From a virus (lineage: Duplodnaviria > Caudoviricetes), in IMG/VR virus record IMGVR_UViG_3300028591_000127, positions 45,072 through 109,071 of that record: a stretch of 64,000 nt of DNA, one strand, 5' to 3'. Below the pieces are notes generated by a model that ran no database searches, was not told where the DNA came from, and worked only from the letters and a program-made list of their open reading frames with translations. The first letter of the stretch is position 1; every line of letters starts with the position of its first letter. The translations under genes were made by a program, and so were the position numbers. Positions 31,624 to 41,954 of the stretch are shown one piece after another.

Positions 31624-31668
31624 AAGTAGAGAATACTACTGAACTCATGTCAATAATACTCTCTACTT
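31624..31668. terminator. Hairpin after the sheath gene
   Basis: aagtagagaata ... tactctctactt. Confidence 0.5.
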
Positions 31669-31680
31669 AAAGTTGTTTAT

Positions 31681-34239
31681 TTAGACCTGACCGTCAAACT
31701 CCATACCCATATCAAAGGCATTACTATAAACCTTGATATACTTAAGAGCACGGTTGAATCTGATTTCTACCAGTACATTAACGCGATTTGCTCTAGCATC
31801 CTCGTCTGTGTTGTTGGTTTCGTCAATAGTAATACGATAAGCATTGATGGTATAAGTCATCGGGATAATCGTACTTTTAAACCAATAATCAATAACGCTA
31901 GTCATATCAGCCCATACAGCAGGACCAATATGGCGACCAATAAACTGACGAAGCAGCAAAGGGATAGCTTTATTGATACGAATCCACAAACGGCTGTTAG
32001 CTTCATCACTCATAATGTCCTTGCTGGTATACTTGGTGTAGTTATCATTCCAAGTCCAAGCACTAATCTGAGTATCCCACTTAACAGTATTGATTTTCTT
32101 AGTAAGAAGCAACTGACGAGTCTTCTTATTAAACTCAGCAACCGGACGCTGGAACTGTGCAAGACCGTTAGTCTGACCCAGCATAGGAGCAAACTCACGA
32201 CCAAGACGACGGTTACGACCTACGGTCTCCCAGTACATAGTGCCAGGAGATACATAGTACTTCCAACCTACGGTACCAGTATCAATATCCCAAGGAGCAG
32301 ATGCATACAACTTATAAGAATCCTGACTTACTCTAGCAATTGAATTACCAATAGCCAGATAGTTAGTACTATTAATTGTTGAAATGGGGTAGAAGTAATT
32401 CTCATTGTTAGCAAGATTAGCCATATAAGACTGAACCATTGGGCTAGTACAACCAAGGTCAGCAAGACCCTCGGTGGTATAGACTTCATCAAGAGCAATC
32501 TGATCGAAGGCCTTGAGAATATCAGTATCAGTGACGTTCAGGATAGCACAGTCAGTGGGATCAATGCTCAAGTTAACAAAGATCTCTTCAGGATCCAGGT
32601 CAGATACGGTCATACCATCAACATACTCATAGTAAGTACCCTCGACGTCCTCACCAATCTTAGCGATTTCATTGGCAGCGGGAGCAATAATATGAGCATT
32701 CAGGAATTGCAGAGACTTCTCAACGTACTTTACGCTAAGAGAACCAGTATTCTCAATCTCAGTCCAAGCAGCGGTCTCAGTTTCATCAACTGTAGTGACA
32801 ATATACTTGTAGTACTTAGCAGTCTCTTTACCAACAACAGCTACATTACCAACGCTGGGAGTAGCAATATTAGCAAGATCAGCCTTAGACTCCAAAGGAT
32901 TGCTGTCATCATCAGTCGTAATAGCATTCTCCTTCTGAGTTGAAGTAAGATCCTCAGCCTTTCTAAGAGCCCAACCTCTAGTTTGAGTGCTGGGAAGATA
33001 ACCATAATAACCAAGACCAAGCTCAGTCAGGTCATCAGGCATCGTCAGACTGATCATGTTCAGAAGATTGTTGACTTCTGTAACAGTCATGTCACCACGA
33101 CCCAGGATATTACCAACATTGAAGTAAACAGTCTCACCATTTACACTAGGATCCAGAATAGCAATCTCATAGAAGTCACGATACAGATTATCCTCTGAGG
33201 GAGTAGCAGTACCGCCGTTTGTGAAAGTATCCAGAACAGAGCTGAGAACTGTGTAGGGAGACTGACCACCTGCATAAGAGTCAGGAGCACTGAGTTCCTT
33301 TGTTACTACTGCATCATGGTTGAAACGACGAATTCTTGCGCGAAGAGGCGTAGAAGAATTGTAAGAGTTAGAAGCATAGAATGCAGGAGCATCAAATCCA
33401 GAGAACGTTGTGCCATTGAGGTCCAAAATTTTCTGAGAAGGATTAGCTGGGGTCCAGTCAGGCTCACAAGTAACTACATAAGCCAGTCCATTTGGACATC
33501 TAGAATCAGTAGTATCAATCAGGTTAGCACCAATATACAGCTCCTCGAATACAACAGAGACAGCATTCTTATACTCGCTCTTAGTCGTAATCAACTGGGA
33601 ACCTCTCTCATCTGAATAGAATTTATAGTCGGGGCTGAAGAACATAGAAGACTCATTAAGAGTATCAACAAGAGTCTCCAGATCATCAACATAGACGTCA
33701 TATTGAGCACCAGCATCGGTAGTTCTATTACCAAGAATACCAATTCCACTAATATTAATGCTCCAACCATCAGAAGAGTGCTCTGCGCTATCCTTGTCCA
33801 TATCAATAACGATCTTTACAGGGGCAGAGATCTTCTTAAGAAGCTGACCATCTCTCAACAGATAAGTATTGGTTTTGTCAGTCTTGGACAGTGCCTTAGA
33901 GAAGAAAATATCCTTAGCCTTTGAAGCTCTAACACAAAGGAGAGTATTAGAGCCAGCCAGACGGTAAGCATTCAGCCACATCGTCTCAGCCATATCACTA
34001 ATATCACCATCGTACAGACCATTCAGAGACTTGATATAATCCTTCGTGAGATCCTTAGAAGAATAAGTAGAAAGGAACTCAGACTGACTAGAAATCAAGG
34101 TAGGAATACCGGGACCTGCATCACTAATGAGAACACAACCAATAATCAGGCTCTCACCAGCAGTAGGATTGACCGGCATCGACTTAATTTTTTCTTGAAC
34201 TTTTATATACGGTTCAAGAGTTTCGGTCCATTGTGCCAT
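31681..34239 (-). CDS. Tail sheath protein
   Basis: 852 aa; C-terminal RLWIRI...YRITIDETNNT...NRVNVLVEIRFNRALKYIKV is the classic sheath C-domain; strongly biased codons. Confidence 0.9.
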   Translation of the reverse strand: MAQWTETLEPYIKVQEKIKSMPVNPTAGESLIIGCVLISDAGPGIPTLISSQSEFLSTYSSKDLTKDYIKSLNGLYDGDISDMAETMWLNAYRLAGSNTLLCVRASKAKDIFFSKALSKTDKTNTYLLRDGQLLKKISAPVKIVIDMDKDSAEHSSDGWSINISGIGILGNRTTDAGAQYDVYVDDLETLVDTLNESSMFFSPDYKFYSDERGSQLITTKSEYKNAVSVVFEELYIGANLIDTTDSRCPNGLAYVVTCEPDWTPANPSQKILDLNGTTFSGFDAPAFYASNSYNSSTPLRARIRRFNHDAVVTKELSAPDSYAGGQSPYTVLSSVLDTFTNGGTATPSEDNLYRDFYEIAILDPSVNGETVYFNVGNILGRGDMTVTEVNNLLNMISLTMPDDLTELGLGYYGYLPSTQTRGWALRKAEDLTSTQKENAITTDDDSNPLESKADLANIATPSVGNVAVVGKETAKYYKYIVTTVDETETAAWTEIENTGSLSVKYVEKSLQFLNAHIIAPAANEIAKIGEDVEGTYYEYVDGMTVSDLDPEEIFVNLSIDPTDCAILNVTDTDILKAFDQIALDEVYTTEGLADLGCTSPMVQSYMANLANNENYFYPISTINSTNYLAIGNSIARVSQDSYKLYASAPWDIDTGTVGWKYYVSPGTMYWETVGRNRRLGREFAPMLGQTNGLAQFQRPVAEFNKKTRQLLLTKKINTVKWDTQISAWTWNDNYTKYTSKDIMSDEANSRLWIRINKAIPLLLRQFIGRHIGPAVWADMTSVIDYWFKSTIIPMTYTINAYRITIDETNNTDEDARANRVNVLVEIRFNRALKYIKVYSNAFDMGMEFDGQV

Positions 34240-34272
34240 TTAAGTTATGTGTTTTTTTTTAATTATATTTTA

Positions 34273-35019
34273 TTATCCAACTTCAACAAGATAAACAGGG
34301 TAACCCTCTTTGAGGAATCCAGTGGCAATTTCCACAATTGTTCTCCTATTTTGATTTGCGTTGGAAATAGTGGATATGTTAATATCGTTATATTTGTTAG
34401 ATGCGTTGTTCGATCTGATTTGATATTTACCAGACAAGCCCTTCAAGATCCTATCAGTCAATCTTTGTAGCTTCGGATTTTTAATAGTATTCACAAGCAT
34501 ATTGAAGTCGGCACCATTTTTAGTGACAACAATACAGACAGTACATTTCATTATGTTAGCCCTCTTAGGATCTCTAGTATAGTCAAGATCTTCGACATAA
34601 CCAGCATTAGAGAGATCACTAATAACGCCTTTCATTAAGCGATTATCTGCATCAGACTGTGAAATCTTTTTATTAATATCTTTAACAGCACCAACAAGAG
34701 CACCAAGAGCAGCACCAATTATAGTACTAGTCCCAACAAAGGCCATATTTTGAAGAGCAGAAGTTTTATATGTAGTCTCTTGTTCTTCTTTCCTATCCTT
34801 TCCAGAACCTGAAATCTTTGTTCTTGTTTCGGTGTTAGCCAGATCATTATATTTTTCAATACCCTTCTTAAAGAAGGCGGGACCAGATTTGGGAACTTTC
34901 AGATTAGATGGCAGATTTAATCCACCAGCACCAAGAGTTCCCAATGTTGCACCAACAGTGGCCCCCTTTAACGCACTAGACGCAATATAACTACTAAAAC
35001 TTTTATACTTGAACTTCAT
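34273..35019 (-). CDS. Leader-bearing glycine-zipper protein
   Basis: MKFKYKSFS; GATVGATLGTLG and GAALGALVG helices. Confidence 0.7.
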   Translation of the reverse strand: MKFKYKSFSSYIASSALKGATVGATLGTLGAGGLNLPSNLKVPKSGPAFFKKGIEKYNDLANTETRTKISGSGKDRKEEQETTYKTSALQNMAFVGTSTIIGAALGALVGAVKDINKKISQSDADNRLMKGVISDLSNAGYVEDLDYTRDPKRANIMKCTVCIVVTKNGADFNMLVNTIKNPKLQRLTDRILKGLSGKYQIRSNNASNKYNDINISTISNANQNRRTIVEIATGFLKEGYPVYLVEVG

Positions 35020-35036
35020 ATTGCGTCAGAATTGAA

Positions 35037-35447
35037 TTAGTCAACAATCTCCTGAATGTAGTAGTTCTTTTGTTCTGTAACCGTCTCATCCTCAGTCGGA
35101 ACATAAGTACCCTCAGACTCACCTTCCTCGTACCAACCGTTATTCTTGGGATTAGTACCCTCGACAGCCAGGTCATCAGCAGAAACAGCAGTATACTTAT
35201 ACTCAATCTCAGTCTTATACTCAGCATCACCATTATAGATAACACTCTGAGCGTCTTGAGACAGGAGAGTACGATCACCGACCAGATCCTTGTTAACCAG
35301 AACAGTGAAATCCGGATCAGCTACTACCTTCTCACGAAAAACGTCAGTAGATGCAGGATTAGTCATGATGCTGTTACCAGTATAAATATTATTCTCACCA
35401 AGAACCTCCCAATCGGTAGAGGTAATAAAATCATTCGTAATAGGCAT
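35037..35447 (-). CDS. Acidic virion accessory/decoration-like protein
   Basis: 136 aa, highly biased codons, no leader; C-terminal NP-G-Y-G-Y-P-D-YY module. Confidence 0.6.
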   Translation of the reverse strand: MPITNDFITSTDWEVLGENNIYTGNSIMTNPASTDVFREKVVADPDFTVLVNKDLVGDRTLLSQDAQSVIYNGDAEYKTEIEYKYTAVSADDLAVEGTNPKNNGWYEEGESEGTYVPTEDETVTEQKNYYIQEIVD

Positions 35448-35473
35448 AATTTTATAAAATTATTGTTTATTTG

Positions 35474-35809
35474 TTAGTTAAAAAGCCGACTTATTAATAA
35501 TAGTCTCTTCTTTTGTTGTTTATTTTTTAGAGAATCTCTTTCAAGTTTTCTAAATTTAACTCGATCTTCAAGATCCTCTCTTCTTAATCGTTGTTCCTCG
35601 ATCAAAGAATCATTAACTTCTGCCATAGCGTCAGTTAATTTACCCATTGCGTCGAGTTGTTTCTTCTGATATTCAGTCGCAGCCTTATGTCTCTTAGAAT
35701 TAACTGCCAAATTAGTAGCACTAACACCAAGAGTAGCTAAGGAAATTGGGATAGTTGGGTGCTTCTTTAAGACGTCAGCTGCTGAGAATCGTTTAATCCG
35801 TATAATCAT
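35474..35809 (-). CDS. Leader-bearing protein (hydrophobic helix plus coiled coil)
   Basis: MIIRIKRFS leader. Confidence 0.7.
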   Translation of the reverse strand: MIIRIKRFSAADVLKKHPTIPISLATLGVSATNLAVNSKRHKAATEYQKKQLDAMGKLTDAMAEVNDSLIEEQRLRREDLEDRVKFRKLERDSLKNKQQKKRLLLISRLFN

Positions 35810-36257
35810 CTGTTCTTGAAGTTTTATCGATAAATGATCTTCTGAGTCTTCGTCTAGCCCCAGTCTTTGCCGTTTCTAAACTCTCATTATACTTTTTATT
35901 TATCTTAGCTTGTTTTCTACCAACAAGATAAGCTATCCCGGAACCTAACCCAGCACCAATAAGGGACCCTCTTAAAGCTCCTCGTCCAAACCCTCTTCCT
36001 GCTGATTTAAGTCTAGATATTTTTGTTTCGCCTTTTTTAAGATAAGCACCTTTCTTAATAGCCCCTTTAATAAGACCACGAAGAGATTCATAACCTCCAA
36101 TACCTAGTGCACCAAGAGTTCCAGAGAGGGCAATATCACCACCCCTGACTTCTGTTCTGGGCTCTTCGGCAAGAACATCAGAATCTTTCATTTCCATCAG
36201 TTCACTAAGATCATCACTCTCAGTGAACCATTTTCTTCTTAGTTTAATGCTTGCCAT
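35793..36257 (-). CDS. Leader-bearing glycine-zipper protein (paralog of 46529-47017)
   Basis: MASIKLRRKWFT; MKDSDVLAE motif. Confidence 0.7.
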   Translation of the reverse strand: MASIKLRRKWFTESDDLSELMEMKDSDVLAEEPRTEVRGGDIALSGTLGALGIGGYESLRGLIKGAIKKGAYLKKGETKISRLKSAGRGFGRGALRGSLIGAGLGSGIAYLVGRKQAKINKKYNESLETAKTGARRRLRRSFIDKTSRTDDYTD

Positions 36258-36259
36258 AA

Positions 36260-37264
36260 TTATTGAACTTGCCCAGCTTTTGCGTTTTCATATTGATAGG
36301 CGTTCTTATCTACTGTATTAAAGACTTTCTTCGCAGTATTTTCAGCACCAGACCAAGCAAGAGTACTAACACCCATCAAAGGAACAGCAGTAATAAGGTT
36401 TGCCGCTGTCTTATTCTCGGCTAAATATTTACCACGACCAGCTAACCAGGTACTACCGTTTTCCTCACCAAATTTCTGTAATCCTTGAGCGAACTTATTA
36501 ACTCTCTCCGTTCCACCAAGTCCTAATGAAGCGAGGTTATTAACGGTTCCTGAAATCGTTTGCCCAGGAGTTTTGAAAATTTGCCATTCTTTTGGTTTGG
36601 TAGCCATCTTAGCAAATTTACCTATACCAGACAGAATGGAGTAGGATCTCTGCTCTCCACCAGTAGCGGCCATCTGATCCTTTAAATTATTCTTCTCGGC
36701 ATAGTAACCAGCAAGAGTTGGAGCAGCAAAGAGAGTCGGCATAACTGCATTACCTGCTAATTTGCCCCCCACTTTCTTTAGGACAGATTCTCCACCTTGT
36801 TTTCCCGCTGCAGTAGCTGAAACAGGGACGTCGGCATACTGTTGTTCCTTCATTATCAAGTTGCCTGCCTCATCAAACTGCATACCACTCTTTTTCATAT
36901 CGTGTTGGATGAATTTATTGACCCCATAACCTGCGGCAGCCAATGAACCACCCATAATAGCAGTATTTGTAATCTCCTTACCAAAAGCTGATTTACCTGC
37001 CTGAAATAGTGTCTTTCCTGCCGCTAAGAGACCTCCACTATAAGACCTTTGACTGAAGTTCGTGGCGGCGGCAGGATGAGCATTGATAGCTTTATTGATC
37101 TTCTCAAGTCTTTTGTTTTGTTCCCTCATAAGTTCTTGTGTTTTTTCATCTCTTTCTTCCTGTTCAGAAGCATTTACAGAGGAATTAATCAAATCCGCCC
37201 CAGTTACCACCGTTCCAGCCACGCCAATAGCTGGCCAGAAGAAGTTTTTTTGTTTGAACTTCAT
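36260..37264 (-). CDS. Leader-bearing polyprotein-like membrane protein
   Basis: MKFKQKNFF; internal QRSYS, QQYA and QRSYS motifs separate hydrophobic modules. Confidence 0.7.
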   Translation of the reverse strand: MKFKQKNFFWPAIGVAGTVVTGADLINSSVNASEQEERDEKTQELMREQNKRLEKINKAINAHPAAATNFSQRSYSGGLLAAGKTLFQAGKSAFGKEITNTAIMGGSLAAAGYGVNKFIQHDMKKSGMQFDEAGNLIMKEQQYADVPVSATAAGKQGGESVLKKVGGKLAGNAVMPTLFAAPTLAGYYAEKNNLKDQMAATGGEQRSYSILSGIGKFAKMATKPKEWQIFKTPGQTISGTVNNLASLGLGGTERVNKFAQGLQKFGEENGSTWLAGRGKYLAENKTAANLITAVPLMGVSTLAWSGAENTAKKVFNTVDKNAYQYENAKAGQVQ

Positions 37265-37281
37265 AGCAGTTTATTTTTATT

Positions 37282-37578
37282 TTACATCCCAGCGTCTTTA
37301 AGTCCTTGGCCTAGTCCCTTTGTTAGCTTAGATCCTGCAGCATATCCTAATGCTGGACCAAGAATTGGAGCTACCGCTACACCAATGGGACCACCCAAAG
37401 CTGCCACAGCACCACCGATAGCAGAACCCATAGTACCTGCACCAATCAAACCGCCGGTAACTCTACCAGGGAGAGAGTCCAATGCCTGACCGGTACCAGA
37501 AGCTATACCCTTAGCTGTATCTGTAACACCATCCATCAGGCTGAAATATTTCTTTCTTTCTATCTTAATACTTGCCAT
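37282..37578 (-). CDS. Leader-bearing glycine-zipper protein
   Basis: MASIKIERKKYFS then long Gly/Ala-rich hydrophobic segments. Confidence 0.7.
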   Translation of the reverse strand: MASIKIERKKYFSLMDGVTDTAKGIASGTGQALDSLPGRVTGGLIGAGTMGSAIGGAVAALGGPIGVAVAPILGPALGYAAGSKLTKGLGQGLKDAGM

Positions 37579-37581
37579 ATC

Positions 37582-37812
37582 TCAATCCTTCATAATATCT
37601 TGAACGTTAATACCTCTACGTAATTCTGAATTCATTTCTTTCTGCTCTTTTCTTATGTCTCCTACTCGATGTAATTCTCTTTGAGCAGTTGACATTCTAC
37701 CAAGACGATCAAAATCTTCATCATACTTCCTTCCCCTTGTAAAACCAAGATTTGTAGCGGCATTAGTATTTAATGTTCCAATTCTAGAATAATTTTTTCT
37801 TAAGAGGATCAT
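37582..37812 (-). CDS. Small leader-bearing basic protein
   Basis: MILLRKNYS. Confidence 0.65.
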   Translation of the reverse strand: MILLRKNYSRIGTLNTNAATNLGFTRGRKYDEDFDRLGRMSTAQRELHRVGDIRKEQKEMNSELRRGINVQDIMKD

Positions 37813-38375
37813 TAAGCGTCAAGTAAGTAAATCTTATAGTCTATACCAAAGGGAAGAATACTTAAGGCTCGTATAGCATCGTTCATATTTTTAAACTCCA
37901 GAACAAGCTGTCTGGACTTCTTATCGTACTTAATAGCCTCGCCCAATAAGCGACCGACCTCTCTCTTAATCTCTACTTCCTCTGGGTAGGCGAGGGCAGA
38001 CATCAAGGGATCAGGTCCTTTACCCTTGCCCTCTCCGTTATCCTTCCTATCCTTACCAAATACTCCGGCTCCAATAATAAGTTTCAATTTTCCAAATCTT
38101 TCGTCATGATACTCACTCGGAAGTCTGACATCATCGGGTAGTTTAGCCTTTGCACCAATCTTAATATACATTCGATAAGTATCCTTTCCAAAGATAGAAG
38201 AAGAGATAACAAAACGTTCGATCACTACGTTATTTCCTTTGAGAATAGGCAAGAGAGCGCTAGTATTAATGACGGGAAATCTGCTCCTATCATTATTAGT
38301 ACGTTTCATCAGCTCGATATAAAGACTTCTCATTGCATCATACTCAGAGAACGTCTTTTGCCTAAATTTTACCAT
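37812..38375 (-). CDS. Leader-bearing protein
   Basis: MVKFRQKTFS. Confidence 0.7.
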   Translation of the reverse strand: MVKFRQKTFSEYDAMRSLYIELMKRTNNDRSRFPVINTSALLPILKGNNVVIERFVISSSIFGKDTYRMYIKIGAKAKLPDDVRLPSEYHDERFGKLKLIIGAGVFGKDRKDNGEGKGKGPDPLMSALAYPEEVEIKREVGRLLGEAIKYDKKSRQLVLEFKNMNDAIRALSILPFGIDYKIYLLDA

Positions 38376-38745
38376 TGTCTTTTACAATTGATAGATTATA
38401 TTTTAATCCAAGTACTTCAATAAGATCTAAAGCAATACCTAGATGATTAGTTTCACCAGTGAACGTTCTATCTTTTTTATTTTCCTCGATGATCTTAAGA
38501 CCTAAATACTCACCAAGTAATTTTCTTGTATAAGTATAGAACTCCTTGTCCTTAACTGTTATCTGGTAAACCCCTCTTTCATTCTTAATAAAACTCATTA
38601 AGACCATTGCTTTAGAATTAACCTTACTAACTTTGTCTGCATCCTTGGAAGATATAATATTAAAATCAATCCCTTCTGACTTGAGATGATCAATGGCGTC
38701 ATCAATCAAGTCACTAGTTAAGGTCTTTTTTCTAAAAGTAACCAT
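38362..38745 (-). CDS. Protein with a leader-like N-terminus
   Basis: MVTFRKKTLT. Confidence 0.65.
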   Translation of the reverse strand: MVTFRKKTLTSDLIDDAIDHLKSEGIDFNIISSKDADKVSKVNSKAMVLMSFIKNERGVYQITVKDKEFYTYTRKLLGEYLGLKIIEENKKDRTFTGETNHLGIALDLIEVLGLKYNLSIVKDNGKI

Positions 38746-38746
38746 A

Positions 38747-39835
38747 TTATGTGTTCTCTTGTTCGCCTAGTCTGGTTACTATTTCCTGGATAAATTCAAA
38801 TCTGCGATCAAGAACCTCATAGAAGAACAGTTCACACCTAAATTGACATTGAAGAGAATAGTTTGAATTATCATCTTGACCGTATGTATGATTGAAATCC
38901 TCAGTTATAGGACCCCATTTAACAGCAGCAGTATATCTCTCTCCTAGTTTGTCTGGTGTTGTAAACTGAGTAAAATTAGTTACTAAGTCTACATTATTAT
39001 ACTTCGTTTTGAAATCGTGATATAAGACCATATCAGTAGTGTGAAGAGAAAAATCTATTGGTTGTCTGTGTTTTACAATATTTCTTTCTATATCACCATG
39101 CATAGGAGGAGCATAGTTGGTCGGAGTCTGGTTGAATTGATAAGTGACATAGGAGGTACTAAGCAAAGTTCTCTCTCTATTTTGTCTTGTAAATTCAATA
39201 CCATAATCTTCAAAAATCCTTCCAAGCTCTGCTATAAACTGATCTTGATAGTCAATTTCACGTATTAAGTAATCATTATATCTTCTTCTAAGCGAGTAAA
39301 AAACCTCATTATCAGAAGTTAGGTCCTTGCTCTCCGTACTTATCAGGATCTTAGGAAAATTTCTGATTTCGTAACCACAGATCCTAGTCCCTACCGGTCT
39401 TAAGTAGAGTAAGTTTCCAGAATAGAACAAGTAATTTATGAAATCTGGATTCTTGTAGTCATCTTTAGAAACTACAAATATAGTACTATCGTAATTTTGA
39501 ACAACTCTAGATTCAGAATCATCCACAATTACGACGTTTATTATATGAGAATCGTATGTTAATTTCTCCAGCGTAAGCCCATTTAAAGAAACAGTTACGG
39601 TTTTGAATCTTTGAGGACTTAACATTGAGGTTAGTTTAAGACCTCCTGAACCGATTAGTGGAATTCCTAGAGATTCAGACAAGGACTTAGGCGAGCTTCC
39701 TGGAGAATAAGTAAGTGTAAGAACTGACGTAATAGGATCCTCAACTATAGAATTAGTGGTACCCTCCTTAACCTGAAAATATCTACACTTATTTGTTACT
39801 AAGCGAAGGCCCTTGTATATAATCTCGTTACGCAT
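38747..39835 (-). CDS. Hypothetical structural protein (possible tail-completion factor)
   Basis: 362 aa, no leader, between capsid and sheath. Confidence 0.45.
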   Translation of the reverse strand: MRNEIIYKGLRLVTNKCRYFQVKEGTTNSIVEDPITSVLTLTYSPGSSPKSLSESLGIPLIGSGGLKLTSMLSPQRFKTVTVSLNGLTLEKLTYDSHIINVVIVDDSESRVVQNYDSTIFVVSKDDYKNPDFINYLFYSGNLLYLRPVGTRICGYEIRNFPKILISTESKDLTSDNEVFYSLRRRYNDYLIREIDYQDQFIAELGRIFEDYGIEFTRQNRERTLLSTSYVTYQFNQTPTNYAPPMHGDIERNIVKHRQPIDFSLHTTDMVLYHDFKTKYNNVDLVTNFTQFTTPDKLGERYTAAVKWGPITEDFNHTYGQDDNSNYSLQCQFRCELFFYEVLDRRFEFIQEIVTRLGEQENT

Positions 39836-39840
39836 TAAAA

Positions 39841-40380
39841 TTATGAATAAAAATTCCCAAACGAATTTAACCTCTGCGAATCAACACGATTTTGAAGAAC
39901 ATTACGCTGCTTATTGGTAAGACTAAGGTTGTCATCAGCTAATTTCTTCATTGCATCCGTCTTTAGATCCTGGGCAGTTTTATAAGCATTCTCATTTTTA
40001 ACAACCTGCTTATTAACCAACTGCTCCCTTGTCTCTTGGGAAAGATCCTTAAAGTTTTGTCCTCCAAATCCATGCTTATTCTTCCAGGCCTCGTTCTTAA
40101 AGTTTTGTCTTAATTGACCTTCTGCATAACCCTTAGCACCAGACTGTTGCATTGCCTTAGAACCTACAGTCTTACCTATTCCAGCATAAGCACTATTAAT
40201 ACTCTTCTGAATACCGCCACCGAGCATACCTTTCTTACCTGCCACGAGACCTCCAATAGTTGCAGCAGTACCAAGAGCACCAATAGCTAGGTTTCTACCA
40301 GTATGAGACTCATTAGACTGTCTCTGTTGGTTTGGGTTTAGATTTGGATCTGAGTAATATCTACTTCTTATTATAATCAT
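39841..40380 (-). CDS. Leader-bearing glycine-zipper protein
   Basis: Start revised to MIIIRSRYYS at 40380; LAIGALGTAATIGGLVAG helix. Confidence 0.7.
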   Translation of the reverse strand: MIIIRSRYYSDPNLNPNQQRQSNESHTGRNLAIGALGTAATIGGLVAGKKGMLGGGIQKSINSAYAGIGKTVGSKAMQQSGAKGYAEGQLRQNFKNEAWKNKHGFGGQNFKDLSQETREQLVNKQVVKNENAYKTAQDLKTDAMKKLADDNLSLTNKQRNVLQNRVDSQRLNSFGNFYS

Positions 40381-40402
40381 AATCTTGATAATATAATAAA
40401 GT

Positions 40403-40441
40403 GGAGAGGAAATCATCATATAACACAATGAAATCCTCTCC
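40403..40441. terminator. Hairpin downstream of the capsid gene
   Basis: ggagagga ... tcctctcc. Confidence 0.5.
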
Positions 40442-40486
40442 TAAATTTATTTAATCCTGTTTCTTAAGGGAAGATTATTCCAAGGA

Positions 40487-41929
40487 TTAGAAGCCAACCT
40501 TAAAGGTGACGCGCTGAACCAGCTCGGGAGCCATGTAACGAAGACCCTCCTGATAGTAGATACCGCTCGTCATCTGAGTCGGATTATTGTAGTTACCTAC
40601 AGTAGGAGTATCGGTCAGAGGCATATAAATACCACGAGCCAGAGGAGCCATTTGACCATCAGCAGTCTTGTGGATAGCATAGAAAGTACCCTCACCAGCA
40701 GCCTCGACTACGTCAGTCGAACGCAGAACGGGGACACCATTATACCAACCAAGCAGGTCACTGATATAGCTCATCTTGTCATTGCGCTCCCACTTGCCAA
40801 TAATACCGGCCTTCTGGAACTGATTAGCAGCCTGATTACCAGCAATATAAGCAGTGGTCGTAACACCCTTAACAACCTTGCTAGCCAGAGCGGTCTCAAC
40901 ATTAATCAGGTAGCTATCAAACAAATCAACTCTTGAACGATAGTCCATGAAGTGAGAGCTCAGACCAGTAGAAGTGCTGCTCAGGTCGAGATCTTGCATA
41001 GTATCTCCAACATAGCCATTCTCCAGAGTCTTAACCATAGCGCCGTTAATGCACTTGGTATACAGCTCGCGCAGCTTGTTGAACAGGAACGTAGCCATGT
41101 CAGAACCAGTAGCCTTCTTCATTGCACCCAGAGCAGCGATGTCATACTCAGCCATCAGCATATCGGGAACAGTGTTCAGACCAATCTGTTGCATCTTAGC
41201 GAGGAAACGCTTGTCATTTGCATGGCTATTGTCAGCACCAGTCGTACAGCTGGGAGTACCAACTGCATCCTCCTTACCAACAATCGTAATCTTACCACTG
41301 GCAGATACGGCATTAGTCAGAGTAAAGTCAACCTTACCGTTCAGGTAGTTCAAAGTACCGGCGGTAATAACACCAGCAACAGACAGGAAATGACCCTGAC
41401 CATCATCAACCAGCTCATACTTAACGTTACCAGCATCCTGGATCTTAACACGTACAGTACCAGGGATCAGCTTACGACCAATCAGATAAGAATAGGCAGT
41501 CGTAGTGCCATCAACGGTCAGGTCAGACTCAAAGTGACCCATAGTCTGAACATCGTTATAGTTATCCGGACCGAGGTTGGGGATAACAGGACGCAAATCA
41601 CTAACGCCCAGAACGTCAAACCAATAGAACAGACCGTTCGGCTGATCAAAGTCACGCTCAATCGACATGTAACCAGCGAAAGAGCTAACATAAGAAGCAA
41701 CAGAAGCGTTGAAATACTGAGTGCTCAGCAGCGGGGTCTCTGCATAACCAGAGAAGTTCTTCTGAAGCAGGTTACCGTTCATAATGTTGTTGCCAAACAT
41801 GTCAGCAGCACGCGAGAACGTCTTAGCATACTCCATACCACGGAGTCTAGCATCCTCTGCAGAAACAGAGCTATTACGAAGAGCAACACTCATCTCGGGT
41901 GTGCTCATGAAATTCGAAAACTGATTCAT
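40487..41929 (-). CDS. Major capsid protein (T4 gp23-like HK97 fold)
   Basis: 480 aa after the scaffold; DQPNGLFYWF and GIYMPL correspond to the gp23 QPM..PTGLIF and YCPYVPL motifs; strongest codon bias. Confidence 0.85.
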   Translation of the reverse strand: MNQFSNFMSTPEMSVALRNSSVSAEDARLRGMEYAKTFSRAADMFGNNIMNGNLLQKNFSGYAETPLLSTQYFNASVASYVSSFAGYMSIERDFDQPNGLFYWFDVLGVSDLRPVIPNLGPDNYNDVQTMGHFESDLTVDGTTTAYSYLIGRKLIPGTVRVKIQDAGNVKYELVDDGQGHFLSVAGVITAGTLNYLNGKVDFTLTNAVSASGKITIVGKEDAVGTPSCTTGADNSHANDKRFLAKMQQIGLNTVPDMLMAEYDIAALGAMKKATGSDMATFLFNKLRELYTKCINGAMVKTLENGYVGDTMQDLDLSSTSTGLSSHFMDYRSRVDLFDSYLINVETALASKVVKGVTTTAYIAGNQAANQFQKAGIIGKWERNDKMSYISDLLGWYNGVPVLRSTDVVEAAGEGTFYAIHKTADGQMAPLARGIYMPLTDTPTVGNYNNPTQMTSGIYYQEGLRYMAPELVQRVTFKVGF

Positions 41930-41954
41930 TTTATAATATTATGTATGTTAATGT

